A DNA stretch of 64,000 nucleotides from Tubulanus polymorphus (GCF_964204645.1 NC_134029.1:6882001-6946000), one strand, 5' to 3'; positions 43,301-57,212 are shown, numbered from the stretch's first letter. The notes: generated by a model not told the origin, from the sequence alone. Numbers and translations: made by a program.

Positions 43301-46300
43301 GTACTAAGGTGTACAGATAGACACAAACAATACAATTCTATCACAAAATTAGCAACAGTTTTCCACTATGTTTTAACACTTTCGAAGCTGTGAGATACAC
43401 AAGTAACGGAAGGAGTTTCAATATAGTTTAAGAGTAGTAGATACCTGATTTCGACCGCGGTGTTTTCGGTCGTTCGGGTCCTTGCCGCGCCGCGTCGTAC
43501 GAAGTCCCGAGTTCCCCGGCTCCAAGAATCGGATCGCGCACAACTGAGAAAAGTCATAGCGACCAGGAAATGAAATTCATGCGATGTTAAAAAACGGACG
43601 GCCGGTTTTATAGACTGCTATTACGTTTAACCCGGGGGCAAACTCAATTGATAATGAATTGAATTAGCCTTTGGGTTAAAGGTAATACTAGTTTATAAAA
43701 CCTGGCCCGATGATTTGAAACTTAATAAAAGACTTAACTTTAAATTATCTTTTTACATATTTTCTGAATATTAGACGGATAATTCTTTTTTTGATTTAAA
43801 ATTTTTTCATACTCATTCTTCCACCATGAAAATAACTGCACACTAGAACCCGTGAAACAATATACCAACAAGCCAAAAAAACTAAGACAGAATTTAACAC
43901 TTATAACAACACACTTGATACAAAACCATAAGTAACAAAAGGTGATATTGGATGGAAATATTACTGGGTTGTCTCAGTAATATTTCATTTGAAAAAATAA
44001 ATCCATGAAGCAAATGCTGAATTTTCTAAAACCAAATCACAAGGTTCATAGCCCCAGTGACCACGCAAACATGAAGATGACATCTTCCAAAGACTACCAG
44101 AACACAATATTATTTTGGACTTTATGGAAAGTTGTGCCAAAAAAATTGAAAATCGTGTAAATATCACTGAATTTCAACTACAATCTGAAAGCAGACCTTC
44201 ACTAGCGCGCTATGAACCCTGAACTCACCAAAGCTGCTTAATCTAAATACTGAATCATGTGAAAACACTGTAACATATCGTGTACACTATTATTATATGC
44301 ATATTATGTTTTGTATGTTTTGTACCTCGTGGTATTTTCGATTTGAACGGTGTTTGAGGAGATATACACCGGAACGGTTTAGTAGGGTGCATCTCGCCAC
44401 CGAGATCACCGGTACCGGTGACTGGATTGCGATTCACATCTAAAAACACATCGATTGCAGAATATGAGAGACATCAACGCGGATTCAAGAGTTCGAGGAG
44501 AGAGTTGTGTTCACATCGATACAAGGGACCCAAAACAAGACACCAGTGATTATACTGTAGACTTCACCTATAGTGGTAGCATCAACAAAATGTTATTGGC
44601 AAACAAATAGATTTTTGGATTTGTCTACATTGACAAACAAGAAAATCGTTTCACTATCCTATCGCTTTTAACCCAAATAGACCGGTTAGTACCACAATAG
44701 GCACTGTCTACTGTACCAGTATTTCAATGGTGTGCCGGTATCAATTTGCAGACTGGACCAACCCCTAATAAAATCTATCATCATTCGTTCAATTCTTTTA
44801 TCATAGAGGCCTCTGTGTACATAGGAACACAACAGTTGTAGCCTCAATACGAATTTCTTAACAGCCACATTTTTAACCAGATTGCATTGGTTGCATTGAT
44901 GTGAACACACCTCTGAAAATTTCAGTGTCAAAGATCGTCGTAAAAAACTACCGAAATAAGAATAAACATAAGTGCGACGAGAAAGTCAACGTTAGACCAT
45001 CGACCGTTGTTTCGAAGAATTGCTAACCCCGAAGTTCGAAAGTTCTTAATGCCCGTGGTATAAAGAGAGGAGAAAACACTCGTGAATTTGGAAACGAAAA
45101 AGTTACTTTTCCTCGAAGAGAAATGAACTGTGTATTGCCGAGATTGAGATAACGTGCTGGGAGGATGCAAAACGGTTGTTGTTTTTTTTTAAATTTCATT
45201 GAACACCACACTAATTTCTACCTTTTCTCGATTTCGGTATTTTTGAAACCCTCGGCGACCTTTGTAACGGGTCATACTCTGAACCGAGGTCGCCCAAACC
45301 GGCAAGGGGATTTCTTTCTATAAATAGCATTCAAATTATTACATTTTCATCAAATCGCGACAATATTCAAATGGTTTACGTCTCTAATTCATTTCAAAAT
45401 GTATTTATAGCAATATATCTGAAAGCTGTCTATACAATATTCGATCTCAAAGGATAACCATACTTGAGTTACTGTTTGAAAACCATTTGGCAAAGTTGAT
45501 ACCCAGCCTCCTAACGGTACTCTCCATGCAATTACTACGAGCAATTACTCAGGAGATGGGAAAGGAGAGGCTGAATCATTTGGCCCCCCCAACATAAGGA
45601 GCCAAAGGACCGGTTGGCCTCAGGGGTCTACCAGGTTCCCCGGGGGCCCAAGAGTTAGGCTTATCTTAATTGCTCGTATAGTAGACCGAGTACTTAGCTA
45701 CCAGCGCGTACAAATAACTGAATATTTGATCCACTGGGCCAAGTTTTGTACTAAGGCAGAGAAACTGGATGCCCCGCTCTATTGGTACATCACCTATGCA
45801 ACTCAAGACTAGTTAAGATTCGAACTGGGAGCATTAACTTTAGATTTCAAACTTTGCATAGATAAGCTGAGAAACTTTCTTCGTAGGAATGTTTAATATC
45901 TCGATGATAGTAGTCATACGCCCGCGCACCAACCGACTTCCGAAATAAAACTGAACATTACCTTGCACCGGGGTGACAGAACGACGACATTGCGACGTGC
46001 TGCATCTCATCATATCAGCATCGGGCTCGAACGCACCTTCCATCGTAATCGGATCTCTAATCACTATCGCGTTTATTCGAAATTTAAAAAACGAACGCGA
46101 AAAAGAAAGAGAGAGATGTTTGAAATAAAAATTCGATATGCGCTCACACCGCACGGTAATCAACTCCACGCGTGTAAAACGATATTATAACTCTTCGAGA
46201 TTTGTCGGTATAAAGCAATTTATCGGAGATTTTTGGTTCGAGTGCTGCACTCGGTACTCGATGAAAGAGGCCACCGACACACGGGAATAAATCAGTCAAC

Positions 46301-49300
46301 ATCGTTACATAGGCCTAGGTACGTTATAAGACTCGAAGTGGATCTCATTACCGATTTATAATACTTCATTATTGACGAGACATTAAAGTGGGCAGTTTTA
46401 TGTGATTAATTTTCGCATATTTCGAGAATGTATCCGTCATACTCGAAGGGGGAACTTCACTGCAATAACTTCACTCGGCCGGCAATAGAATGCTTTGTAA
46501 CTTAGTCACGATAATAATGATTTTAACACACACTCTCAGCAGCTGTTATTTCAATGTAATATGACTATTAATTTCATACGTATCGAATCGATGTTAAATT
46601 TCAATGTACAACGCCGTTTTAGAAATGGTTCATTTACTGTTCGAATTAACAACTGCAGCCCCAGCACCGTAATAAACGAGCATACCAACACCAGACTACG
46701 TAGTTAAGTATAACCGAGAAGTCAAATAATTACGCCATGTTCCAACTATAGAGACCCTTATAAAGAAGCCTGCCACCTAAATCCCTAATATGACATCATC
46801 AATTTCACCAGGGATAAAAATGAACATACTCTTTTAAATATGCTTTTGGTATTCTCACATCAAACATTCGTAAGAACAGACTTGTTTCGGTCCTTTCCTT
46901 TTAAATGGAGACCTGAATGTATGGACTTATAGCCCAGTGTGAGTGCTCCTCTTGTTCTTAATTGAAACGAACTAATTTCACACGGTTCTTAAGGATATAG
47001 TGTGAACACGGTCATGCACAGATTCGGGACTAGGCAGTGATCGTGGAAGGGTCTACGTGGTGAGGATTTGAGATTGGGAACAAATCAGCAGCGATCAATT
47101 ACTACATCTGGGCGCTGATAGAAGTTAACAAGATGTCGCCCATTCGAAAAATCAATATTCAAGTACGAAGAGTTCGATGATGACCATAAAACTCATGCAG
47201 ATTCAACAGCACTTGTAGATACTGAAATTTATAAGTTGCATTTTGCCATCTACTCAGTACTGGCGGGTCTAGAGGCCAAAATTAAATTCAGCATAAAATA
47301 GTCATAAATGTATTTTCTGGTCAGCCTTTGCACTATTAATCCGACCAAATGGCAGTCTAATATTTGCATAAAGAATGAAACCACAAAATATATTCTCATG
47401 AACTTTTCTAACAATGACTTTAATAGTTAAATGTTATGACAAAATCAGTGTTTCACTCGCATTCAACAGTTCATTGTTACGGCATAATCTTACAAGTTGT
47501 TTACCACAAAGACTTAAAAGAGTTTAATTTATCATATGGCAAGGTCCTTAAAGGATTAATTCGTGCTTCTACCATCAAGACTTACATATACGCAAAAGTA
47601 ACATACCTAGAAAAAAGGCAGGCCAGCGAAGAGCGAATGATGGATTAAGTACTACTTCTATCTACAGCGAGTGTATAAGTTCTATAGCCGGCAATGGACG
47701 CGCCTACTTCTCAGCTGAATCAGATTAACTGTCGATACATGCATGTGACAATACTATACAGTGATATCGCATCGGGAGCTGCTCAGCTCATGTTATTGAC
47801 TAATCGTTACTGTATTTCATACCTCAAACCGCTGTTGATACGTAAATAACCGAATGTGACACATGCGTCGTGTCGTGCTGCATGTGCTAGTTCGAGCTCG
47901 GACCTCCCATAAATTATCAGTCATGTAACAAGCCCCCTCCCCGGAAAAATTAGATACCGCATCGGCGTATGGCCAAAGATGGAACAATGCAAATCGGTTC
48001 ACTTGCTTTCAATTTTAATAATTTATATTAATCAATTTGATTAATTGGGCTTAACTTTCATTTTAGCCGATAAAAAAAATTTGTTCGCTGAAAAATTTTC
48101 TGCCTACTGTAATTGACAAACCCTATGTACTATCAAGATTGAGACTCAGAAGTGCTATTTTTGTACGCCGTACTATGTTTGGGGCCTTTCCCTGGATGTA
48201 AAAATCAATTTGACAGCTGTATATTGAATATTGAAAGGTCTGACTCGATGTTACGCTGATTAATTACCGTATCAATACCTCAGCATTATAACCCGGGTTA
48301 TGGTCGAAAGACTGAAGGAGCCAATGATGATAACCCGGGAGATCAGAATTGAGTCCTGGATATAGTCAAGGAAAAACAAAATAAATACGAGATTTTGACC
48401 CAACCTCTGTACGGTATACGGCTACGTAGGGTGTCATTGCATTAGACTAATACCGGTAAAAAAAATCCTTGAGCACTTAAAGAAATGTTGGATGATATAA
48501 ACATATCTTAATTCCACTTTTGAATAAATCTCTTGAAGACTGGCAGAGGGTAAGCATTCTGATTGACAATGGACTGTACAGGTCCTATACAGCGGCATCT
48601 TTTGCAAGGTGCTTTAAGTATTCTGTGTACATTATCTTCTTCTTAAGATCCAAAATCAACACCGTACCGAAATGCTAATTTAAACCCTTTGAGGAGTCCT
48701 CATCTAGTTTGGAGAGGGAAAGTGCATACGTAACACAATGACAACATTCTAAGGTCTTCATGATAGATATCACAAGAAAAAGGTGCCTTGCTTTAGCTTA
48801 CACATGCTTGTTGGGCCGCTGTTCCTCCCAATGTCAAAACTGGGATCGTCGCAGTACGAAAAAGACTTCACTATTTAAAGCGAGTAATACCGATACCAAT
48901 AAAAGCATATGGAAAGATATGAATTGAAAATGTGACGCACCAAGAATTGAAGAAATGATATGGGAAAACAAAATACTTATCACCCGAGGTATAGTCCGTG
49001 CCAAACACCATTTACACTTTTGAAAACATTTGTGCCGTACACCATCAAACAAGAAAGCAGAGATATGTGAATCGATAACAAAAAAAAACCAAAAAATAAA
49101 TTGCAATCGGTAAAATGTACCTCTCGGTTTCGAAGGAGTCCGTAATATACGAAGTTTATGGTTATAAGGAGGCCTCGTATCGACTATAAACGGGGGTGGC
49201 TCTGGTGGAGCTATATAAAAAACAATAATTTCATGCGTAATATCAAAAAGAAAAATACAAAAAAGAATTGTATTTCACAATTTCTGGCATGTTTGAATAG

Positions 49301-52300
49301 AAAATGTACTACTGCTAAAATCAAATCTGCTATATTTTTCTGTATATCGCATATGGGGAAAAAGCTATAAATTACAATATCGGACAAGTGGCCTGGGAAT
49401 AACGATTATTTGTACGCACGGTGGTACATAGGGGACGCGATTTTTAATGTACACGCGATATGAATATTTCGCAAACCGATTCGAAAATCTTTTAAATTGT
49501 GGACGATCAAAAATCTACTTCGCGTATCAACGTCGAGTGATTCCTGCGCGGAATTAAGACGGTCAGTCATGTATGAAATTAACAACATCTAAATAAGGCA
49601 ATCGATCCCTCTATCAAGAGAGAGGCGTGTACATATACATCAGTACGCTATTCGCTATTCGCAGCTGTACAATTTTCGAACGTGAAACAGCTGTTACCGG
49701 GACTTCGATCGATTCTATTATCATTCAAATATGCGTTTTACACGGAACTCCGCGCGCGTTTATAGGGAGTATACCATTGTATATAGTCATCAGCCATATC
49801 AATCTATTATAACGCCTAGACTATAGATTTCGTCGCGATAAGTTTTTTTTCCGCGACGGATTTACTCGATGCTACGAATACCCTTAGCGCGCGTATCGTA
49901 ATGACGGTAAACTCCGCCTTGTACGAATCTTATCAATAACCGGCAAAATCAACAAAACTACTTCACAAATTTGAAAATAGATTTCAGGAAGATTTCTACC
50001 ATCGGTAGCAACTTCACCGAGTCTAGGGCGGAGTTTACTGAAAATTGCTTTGAACCATAATTAAACTGTAATTTTTATGAATACAGAATATCTGAATTTT
50101 TTTTGTTCGGAAACTAAATGTTTCTTACATGCTACTACGCTATATTACGTACGGCAATTTCATATCTTCACAGATATTTTCCTGACCTCACTTTGTCAGA
50201 CATATTTAAATGACTAGAACCCCTGATAATCGAATTATTTCCTGATTTTCATGTCGACTTTCCGAGCGACAGATTGTTAAAGGACCCACGCGCTGACCGA
50301 CGTACATATTAAACATACCTTCATCGTCGAGATAACCGCCGGTCAAATCCTCAATACTGAACGCGTAACTACCGGGAAAGTGGTGCGGCGACGGTGGACT
50401 ACGACTCCTGACTCCGGGACTCTGGCGTATGACCGCCGGCGGGGGCGGCGAGTGATGCCGGTGAGGCTCGTGTTGCGACGGTATCAGCAACGGCACTTTA
50501 TCCGGTTGGTACTGCGCGCCGTGAACCGGGCAATACACTATACCATTCACCGGCCCGTACATGAGGCCTTTCGGAATCGGGATATTTTTTTTCGTCGTAT
50601 TCTGTTTTTTCTCTTGAAGGAAACAAACACAGCAAATCAAAAATGATAATACAATTGTCTGTAAGAAAAGGCAAAAATATGTTGAATCTGTTGGAAACAA
50701 AAATCCTAATATCAATTCGACCTTACCTACTGAGGTTGTAAAGTAACTATCTACCGGACAAGAGGCATTACAAGGAAACAAATAATGAAAAAGCAATTAT
50801 ATGCATTTTATGATCTATAGGGCGTGGGCCCGTATGACTCAAAGTACATACTATGCACAGCAAATTGACAGATTTCCGTGGATAACATCCAGACCCAGTC
50901 GAGGAAAAACTTGATAAAATACGTACGAAAACAGCTGTTGACACAATTGTCAGTTTAATGCAAAGCCTTTTGTTTCAAAATAGAGCTGGGCTTGCTAGGT
51001 ACATGTATGAAAGATAGAATCTAAAGACCATGTCACGATCTCTACGTAACTCACTTTTTGGATGTCCGTGCTGATGCATGTTGACTAAATTCCGCGAAAA
51101 CGATAACAGAAATACAAAACGGAGAACGCGCTCGTAAACGATGCGGACAATCCGTGAATGAAACGGGGAAATGTAATATCCGAAATATACTCAAAAGAAC
51201 GCTACGATTCAGACAAAAATCCAGGACGGTGTGACACAACGAACACTGCTGGGATGACAGTTGGTCACCGTCGTTTGAAATGATAATAATATTAATCTGG
51301 CTTGTGTCACGTTAGTCACAGCTGCCCCCTCTCGTAGCGACAACGAGCGCAACATAGAATATCTATATTGCACAGTTTCTCACTACCATCGACGCGAGCA
51401 GCATCGCTACAAAGTCAATAATGCACCTGGCATGATTATTGACATAAAAAAGGAATATCTTTAAAAATATGTCATAGCGTTCGAAAGAAAATGTTTGAAA
51501 ACCTTTTGGGGCCCAGTCGTTGAAAGGTTACTCCAGTCAGTAACCTGTCTGTGGTTTAGTTTCATGATCTGATATTTTTTCACAAACCAGTCAGGAATGT
51601 TGCTTAATCGCTGAAAGCATTCATAAAATCGCGCTTGTTGGTGAATCAAGCCATTAATTGCCAACTGAAGTCTGATAGAAAGTATGTTTTTGAAGCGTTA
51701 CTTTTTTCAACGGTGTTTCAGCCCTCGGTATAAACCCATCCGAACGCTTACCAAAACGATAAGGTAACTAACTTATTCATGTATGGTTAAGACCTAGTCG
51801 TAAAGTCGCTAGAAAGAGATCTGAAATGGAACCAGATCCCAAATCTTCGGGACCAACTGAAATCATATTTGACGACGCGCCTGCTGCAAAATAACAAAAA
51901 CATCATTAAACACCCTTTACGCTGGCGGATCCGTCCATACCTTTGTCGCATTTACAAATCTTCGGATAATCGTGTCTGTATCGGCGAACGAATTTGAATA
52001 ACATGAAGAAGAGAACACGACACGGAAGAGTCCAGCATTTGCACGAAAATCACACCACCGAATAGCGATCGGAGATTTATGTAAACACACCGGCGTACAG
52101 CGACCGTGTAGAGAACGTGCACACAATACTACAGGTAAATTCATTAATATGCTATTAATTCGACGTCGAATTCGACTGAATTGTAACAGGCTGCGCGATC
52201 GAGAGACTCGATTATATTTAAAGCCATGTATTGCACTATCTCTTTTTATGGTTGAAATATTATAAATGCAAAAACAACGCGTTCAAACCATCAACATTCT

Positions 52301-54748
52301 AAATATGCGGGCACAATTTACAAAAAGATAAAGTCATTTAGCGTCCGCGGAACCAGTTGATTCGCGCATTATCTCGCAGTAAAAGGGTCGATTCATCGGA
52401 ATTTATCGGCAAATGTTTGAAAATTCTTACGAAGAAAAAAAACTTTTGAAAATTCCACTGCTAATTGTAGGCCTACCATTGACTCACTCAAGTCACTCGA
52501 GTCAATTATTGAGTCAATTATTTCTTCACCGCTCAGAATTCTATTCCAAGACCATACTAAGAGAGAGAGTGGCCATTACACCGTACACCAAAGGCCATGG
52601 CCGCATGAAAATACGATAAAACTGTATTGTATGGGTTGGCAGCTTTATTATTGCGTGAAAATACTTAACTTGCCTTGCCTACTCAACGTGACAAACTGAT
52701 TAAAAGTAAAAGAGAACTTCAGCTTCCAGGGGTTGTCACTAAAAACCTAAATAATTCGAACCTCTTAGAAACCGGAAAAAGGATGTTAGTCATAATAATG
52801 TATATATATATATACGCTTATGTAACAGTTCAATTTGATTGATCAAGTCTATAGTGCCATAGTCCAATGGTTAAAATAATATGTCAGCATTGTGAATGAG
52901 ACAACGGCTATCCGTTATACTATGATGAAAAATGGAATGGGGTTAACATGTTGTGATGAAATAACCAAAACTGGAAAATGTGCAGAATTGACACTAAATA
53001 CTGTGCAAAATGTACCTAAAAAATACCTGAAAAATGGTTTCTAAATAGCCAAGCTATTTTACTGCAAAATGACAAAAGCCTTTGTAGCAAGAAAACGTTT
53101 TCAGGTTGGTTTGATTTACCTATCATTTATAGTCACATGTCCACACACACACACATTGATAGGAGTTCATAAAACACATGTAACAACTGAAACCGAAAAC
53201 TTGGGTCTTTATTGAATGAAACACAAGGTAGATTAAGATTCTAAAGTACGTTCAACCTCGGTTAATCCGTTATCGGATAATGAATCCATATGGCATAACG
53301 TAGATTGGTCTAGTTTTAAACTAAGTTACCCCCATGAGATTTCTGTGTTTCCATTACACTTCAAATTTGTGGTCCTATTGACCCATCACTATCAGTGAGG
53401 AAGGAACGTGCATTTGTTTTCCTCGAAATATACTGGGTAACTGTGTATAGACGGGCCACATTGTGCCTGTTAGCTAAACAAAATAACAGGTACCAAAGGA
53501 CCTCCTTCACTTGATGGTTTTTTCTTAGTTTCAGAATATTACTTACAAGTGTCTGATTGTAGGCAATTCATTCACCTGCAAACTGGATATTATAGGCCTA
53601 CAGGATAATGCGCTTAAATCATTGTTTATACCGATTATAGGCCTATCCAATATGTACAATTACAGATCTGTTTTCACTAATCCGTACTAAGAAGCTCGGT
53701 CCCGAATGATACAGATTAACACCGAGGTTGACTGTACGAGTAAAACTGTTTAATAAACTGGATCAGTTTAATCTGGCTTTTCAAACCTTCTTAAAAGTGA
53801 AACAAGAGATTTTTTAAAAAACCAGATTACCTATTTCATAGGCCAGCGGCCGGTTGCTTGAAGGTTAAACTCTTTTAACTGTTGCTTAAAGGTTAAACTC
53901 TTAAACCTTTGAGCAGCCTGCCCCTGATTATTAAGGGTTTCTCGCAATTCCTGAAAAGCGAAAAGTTGTTAGAGGTAAGGGTTCTAGCAGGTTAACACAT
54001 AACTACCATATCATCGCACCCCGAACATGATAAGTACATCTGAACTGAAAAAAAATGAAGTAAGTCCCAGTTGAAAAAAGCCATTCCTGATAGGCAAGGC
54101 CTAGAACATTTTGTTTAATACAATGAATCAGGATCCAATGATGACAAAAGTTGTTAGAATAAGCAGCATAATTCAAATAAACCGACGAAAAAAGCAAGAA
54201 ATATCTGGAAATGTCATTTTGACACCAGGCCGGGTATAATTAGAAATAGTGGCTTGGTTAGTTTCACACGCAATTTTCAACTTATTGTATTCAACTAGGG
54301 CCGATTATTTTCTCCGTTTTTGACTTACTCGGCATGTTTTTCGTCGGAGACGAGGTGCTCTCTTCACCGCCTCCGAAGATAGACGAATGAGTGTTAGATT
54401 GCTGTTGGCGAGCTGCCGGCTTATCATCGGGGGCAGGGGCGCTGCCGAACACGTTATTCTGAGGGGGTGGTGGCTTCGGTTTATTTTGAGCGGCGGGAGT
54501 CGGTTCATCGCTACCACCAAATAAGTTGATAGACGTTCGGCCGCCTGGTGGAGCCATAACCCTAAAATGAGAAATAGTACCGGAATAAAGTTCTGAATTA
54601 AATTCAGCAGGCAGGTCAGAGGAAGGGACACAGACTATATATAGACCCGGAATTTTGAAGCGAAATATTTCAGAAATACAAGACGTAATTCTTACTTAGA
54701 AGTCGGGCGACCGCAGTCGTAGCCTTGATTCGTTCCTGTCGAAGTCAT
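31362..54748 (-). CDS. Jupiter: Jupiter/HN1 (JPT) family microtubule-associated protein with a 15-cassette exon array (130 aa minimal, up to ~714 aa)
   Basis: First exons 54748-54696 and 54561-54329 (MTSTGTNQGYDCGRPTSKVMAPPGGRTSINLFGG...). Last exons 32017-31977 (ESYNPLTHTTTVHE) and 31427-31362 (SGKPSTKVMAPPGGQSQISFG*). PPGG motifs at both termini and NP[VI]TG motifs are hallmarks of Jupiter/HN1. Phase-1 cassettes: 50612-50319, 49210-49121, 46063-45962, 45317-45222, 44439-44326, 43543-43445, 42777-42676, 41428-41336, 40561-40352, 38600-38505, 37426-37328, 36621-36529, 36258-36169, 34815-34708 and 33273-33208. Confidence 0.85.
31521..31632. repeat. Dispersed repeat; second copy at ~40012-40150
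   Basis: Shared ctcagc.a.gg..c.aaaccctgc.acactagac...caatcagattgcc.gttgtat..gaggcaaatttcac..ataaa...atggaaaa in both places. Confidence 0.65.
38254..38378. mobile_element. Hairpin MITE; related copies at ~42300-42434, ~53845-53925 and ~62697-62765
   Basis: TIRs ggccagttgctcaaaagttggtt / aaccaacttttgagcaaccggcc with an internal palindrome (catagtgacaat / attgttactatg). Confidence 0.7.
43600..43707. mobile_element. Hairpin MITE
   Basis: ggccggttttatagact..tttaaccc / gggttaaa..agtttataaaacctggcc inverted pairing. Confidence 0.6.
53247..53736. mobile_element. TA-flanked TIR element (Tc1/mariner-like MITE)
   Basis: tacgttcaacctcggttaatc ... gattaacaccgaggttgactgta inverted termini. Confidence 0.55.
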
Positions 54749-57167
54749 GGTCGCTTTTAGCTCTTAACAACAATCGTAAACGAGGATTTTCTTTCTTTTT
54801 CGGTGTAATTTTCAACCCTGAGAAGTTTACTTTATCTATGTGTGCGGTATGGCGCGTGGGAGATTGTGTGCCGCACTAGATCACACCGCATAACCCAGTT
54901 GTTACTAAAATTGAAATTTAGAGTTCTAGAGCCCGGACTGAAGTTGTTCGAATTTGTCGTTTAATAAATTAATCTAATCAACCAGTATTCTTTAATTGTG
55001 TGGAACTTTTCAAGCCCTCAGAAATTGTAAGTAAATTAGATATTACATGTATTGCAAGGTATATGTTGATGATCTCAACTTTTAGCGGCAAGAAAAACAA
55101 AATTGTCATCTGTTATCTGTTTTTCTGAACAATTCAATTCAATAAATATTGAATATTTGCTTCCAATGAACATGGGGTTAGAATGAATCTCAAAATAGCA
55201 AATGAATTAATAATATAAATAGTTATCATATATGTATATTGTAGGTTTGACTCATGTGAGAAGAAACTGATGCAGCTGTAAAAATGGTTCGGTTGAAAAA
55301 TAGGTAAAATATTCCGAATTTGCCATTGTCCGGCTCGTTCTGGGTCTTTCAAATGTGTCATCACATTCAGAGATTTTCAAGTGTTCCTTATAGGGACAGT
55401 ATGGATCCAGTATCAATGACCAGCACCACTGAAGAGTCAATGATCCTTAATACTGGTCCCATTAGTTATTACAGGGGGTCTTAATCAATGTGACAAGTCC
55501 CGCCCCCCTGACTGTGAGAGATTTTCAGTACCTGATATGCGATTTGTATTTTTGCTTCGATAGGTACCTACTATGCGAGATAATCTATGAAAACGAAAAC
55601 TCAGTCAGTACATCACTTACGGCTTTCAAAATATTGAATTGTTTGAAAGATGCCGTTTTACAAATACATGGAGTGTACGGCGGATCTTTGTTAAAGGCTT
55701 CTATATCTGGTAAGTACCGTAAAACTAAAAAAAAACCAGCAACAAGAAGTATGATTAATTTCCCATTTAAGGTCCTTTAACTTGTGCTAAGATGGACCAG
55801 ACTGTGGTTTAGATTGGTATCCTATCCCATTTTACTAGCATTCAATAATCATTGCATTTTCGCCTACCAGTATTTAGCTCCCCTAAATTTTGCTTCGAAG
55901 CATTTTTTTGTTGATAACATCTCTGATAGGTGAATTATTGTTGATGATTTGCGCTATTTTCTTTTTTCAGTAAAATATTTCAATGAAAAAACGAATATTG
56001 TATTGATTCGCGCAGCGCGGGGTTCGCACAAATTACTTCAATCTGCTATGACGTTTGTACAGAAAATCGGGGACTATTCTGCATTCTTCAATACTATACA
56101 CATTGGAGGTAGGTTCATTATAAATGCGTTGACCAATTAAAAACTTCCAGTCTATAGTAGCTGTATTCTAAGTGATTAGCTTATGGATCCTTTTATAGTC
56201 TATTTCTTATTCATCCTGACTATTGGGAGTTATAGTCAGAGTTTATACATTCATTTGTCAATTTTCAAGTACCAGATTCTAAAGTAAGATATTAACTTGG
56301 AATATAATTGGGGCACCTTGGTATGTGTGGAGAAATGTCAAATTTACCGTACCGTAAAATTTTTCAGGAGAAATTCCCATGAAATCTGTTTAAAGTTCCC
56401 ATTCAGCAGAGAGTTTATTTTGGCCCTATATTGGGCCTAATCATTTTAGCTCATTTTTGGACTTAAGACCAAAGAAATATATTCATATACATATGACTCT
56501 GGTAGACTGGTATAAATCTCAGTACATGTATTCAAATTTGATAAACAAAACCCACAGTTGATGACTTCATAATTCTAATCTAACAGTTTATTTAATCTTA
56601 GGCTATGTAAATATATCATTTACGTGTTTATTTTTTTAGGAACGATCCAATCATGTCAGAAGTTTTTGATGAAATATAATAAACGACAGTTAAAAGTTCT
56701 ACTTGCTTTGGTCTCGAAAAAAGGTGTTATTGTATTCGATTAGTATTAGAAAGTTTGAAATTTTTCTTGTATGAAAGTTTTTGATATCAATCCTTTTTTC
56801 TTATTTTAGAAGAGAGAAAGAAAATCCGCGAGAATATCAAACAATGCTCGATTGTCAAACAAAATCCATATTTAGAGGAAAATGATGAAAAAATGGTTTC
56901 TGATAATGATTGATACGTGTTATTTTGTTTGTAAATAAATGCATTTAAATATTTTGAAATCTTATTTCTTCATTACCATGGAAATCTTAGCTTTTCACTC
57001 TGGAACAGGTTCTTCTACAGTCTATTTTTTCATGATGAGCGGTCTGGAGAGGCCGAACTTAACGATTCAGTAATGATTGAATTCTATATACGATTATCAC
57101 AGAAACTCGTTTCGGAGTTGTAGGTACTGCAAAAACAAGAATCAGCATACGGTACATTACTGAATTT

Positions 57168-57210
<43 letters not shown>

Positions 57211-57212
57211 TG

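Noticed and set aside
33208-46063. CRISPR-like or recombination-cassette reading of the spaced repeats
   Set aside because: The similarity is at protein level in spliceosomal exons, with no identical DNA direct repeats, recombination sites or cas/recombinase genes.
47823-48006. Possible extra Jupiter exon
   Set aside because: Stop in phase 1, length not divisible by 3, no repeat motif.
51779-54044. Candidate small exons at ~51884-51779, ~51975-51941 and ~54044-54007
   Set aside because: Splice-like ends, but I could not build a consistent phase chain; unresolved without RNA data.
55490-56900. Candidate first exons of the bHLH-PAS gene
   Set aside because: ATGs near 55650, 56653 and 56844 hit stops quickly and none gives the required phase-2 donor; likely 5' UTR exons or uORFs, left uncalled.
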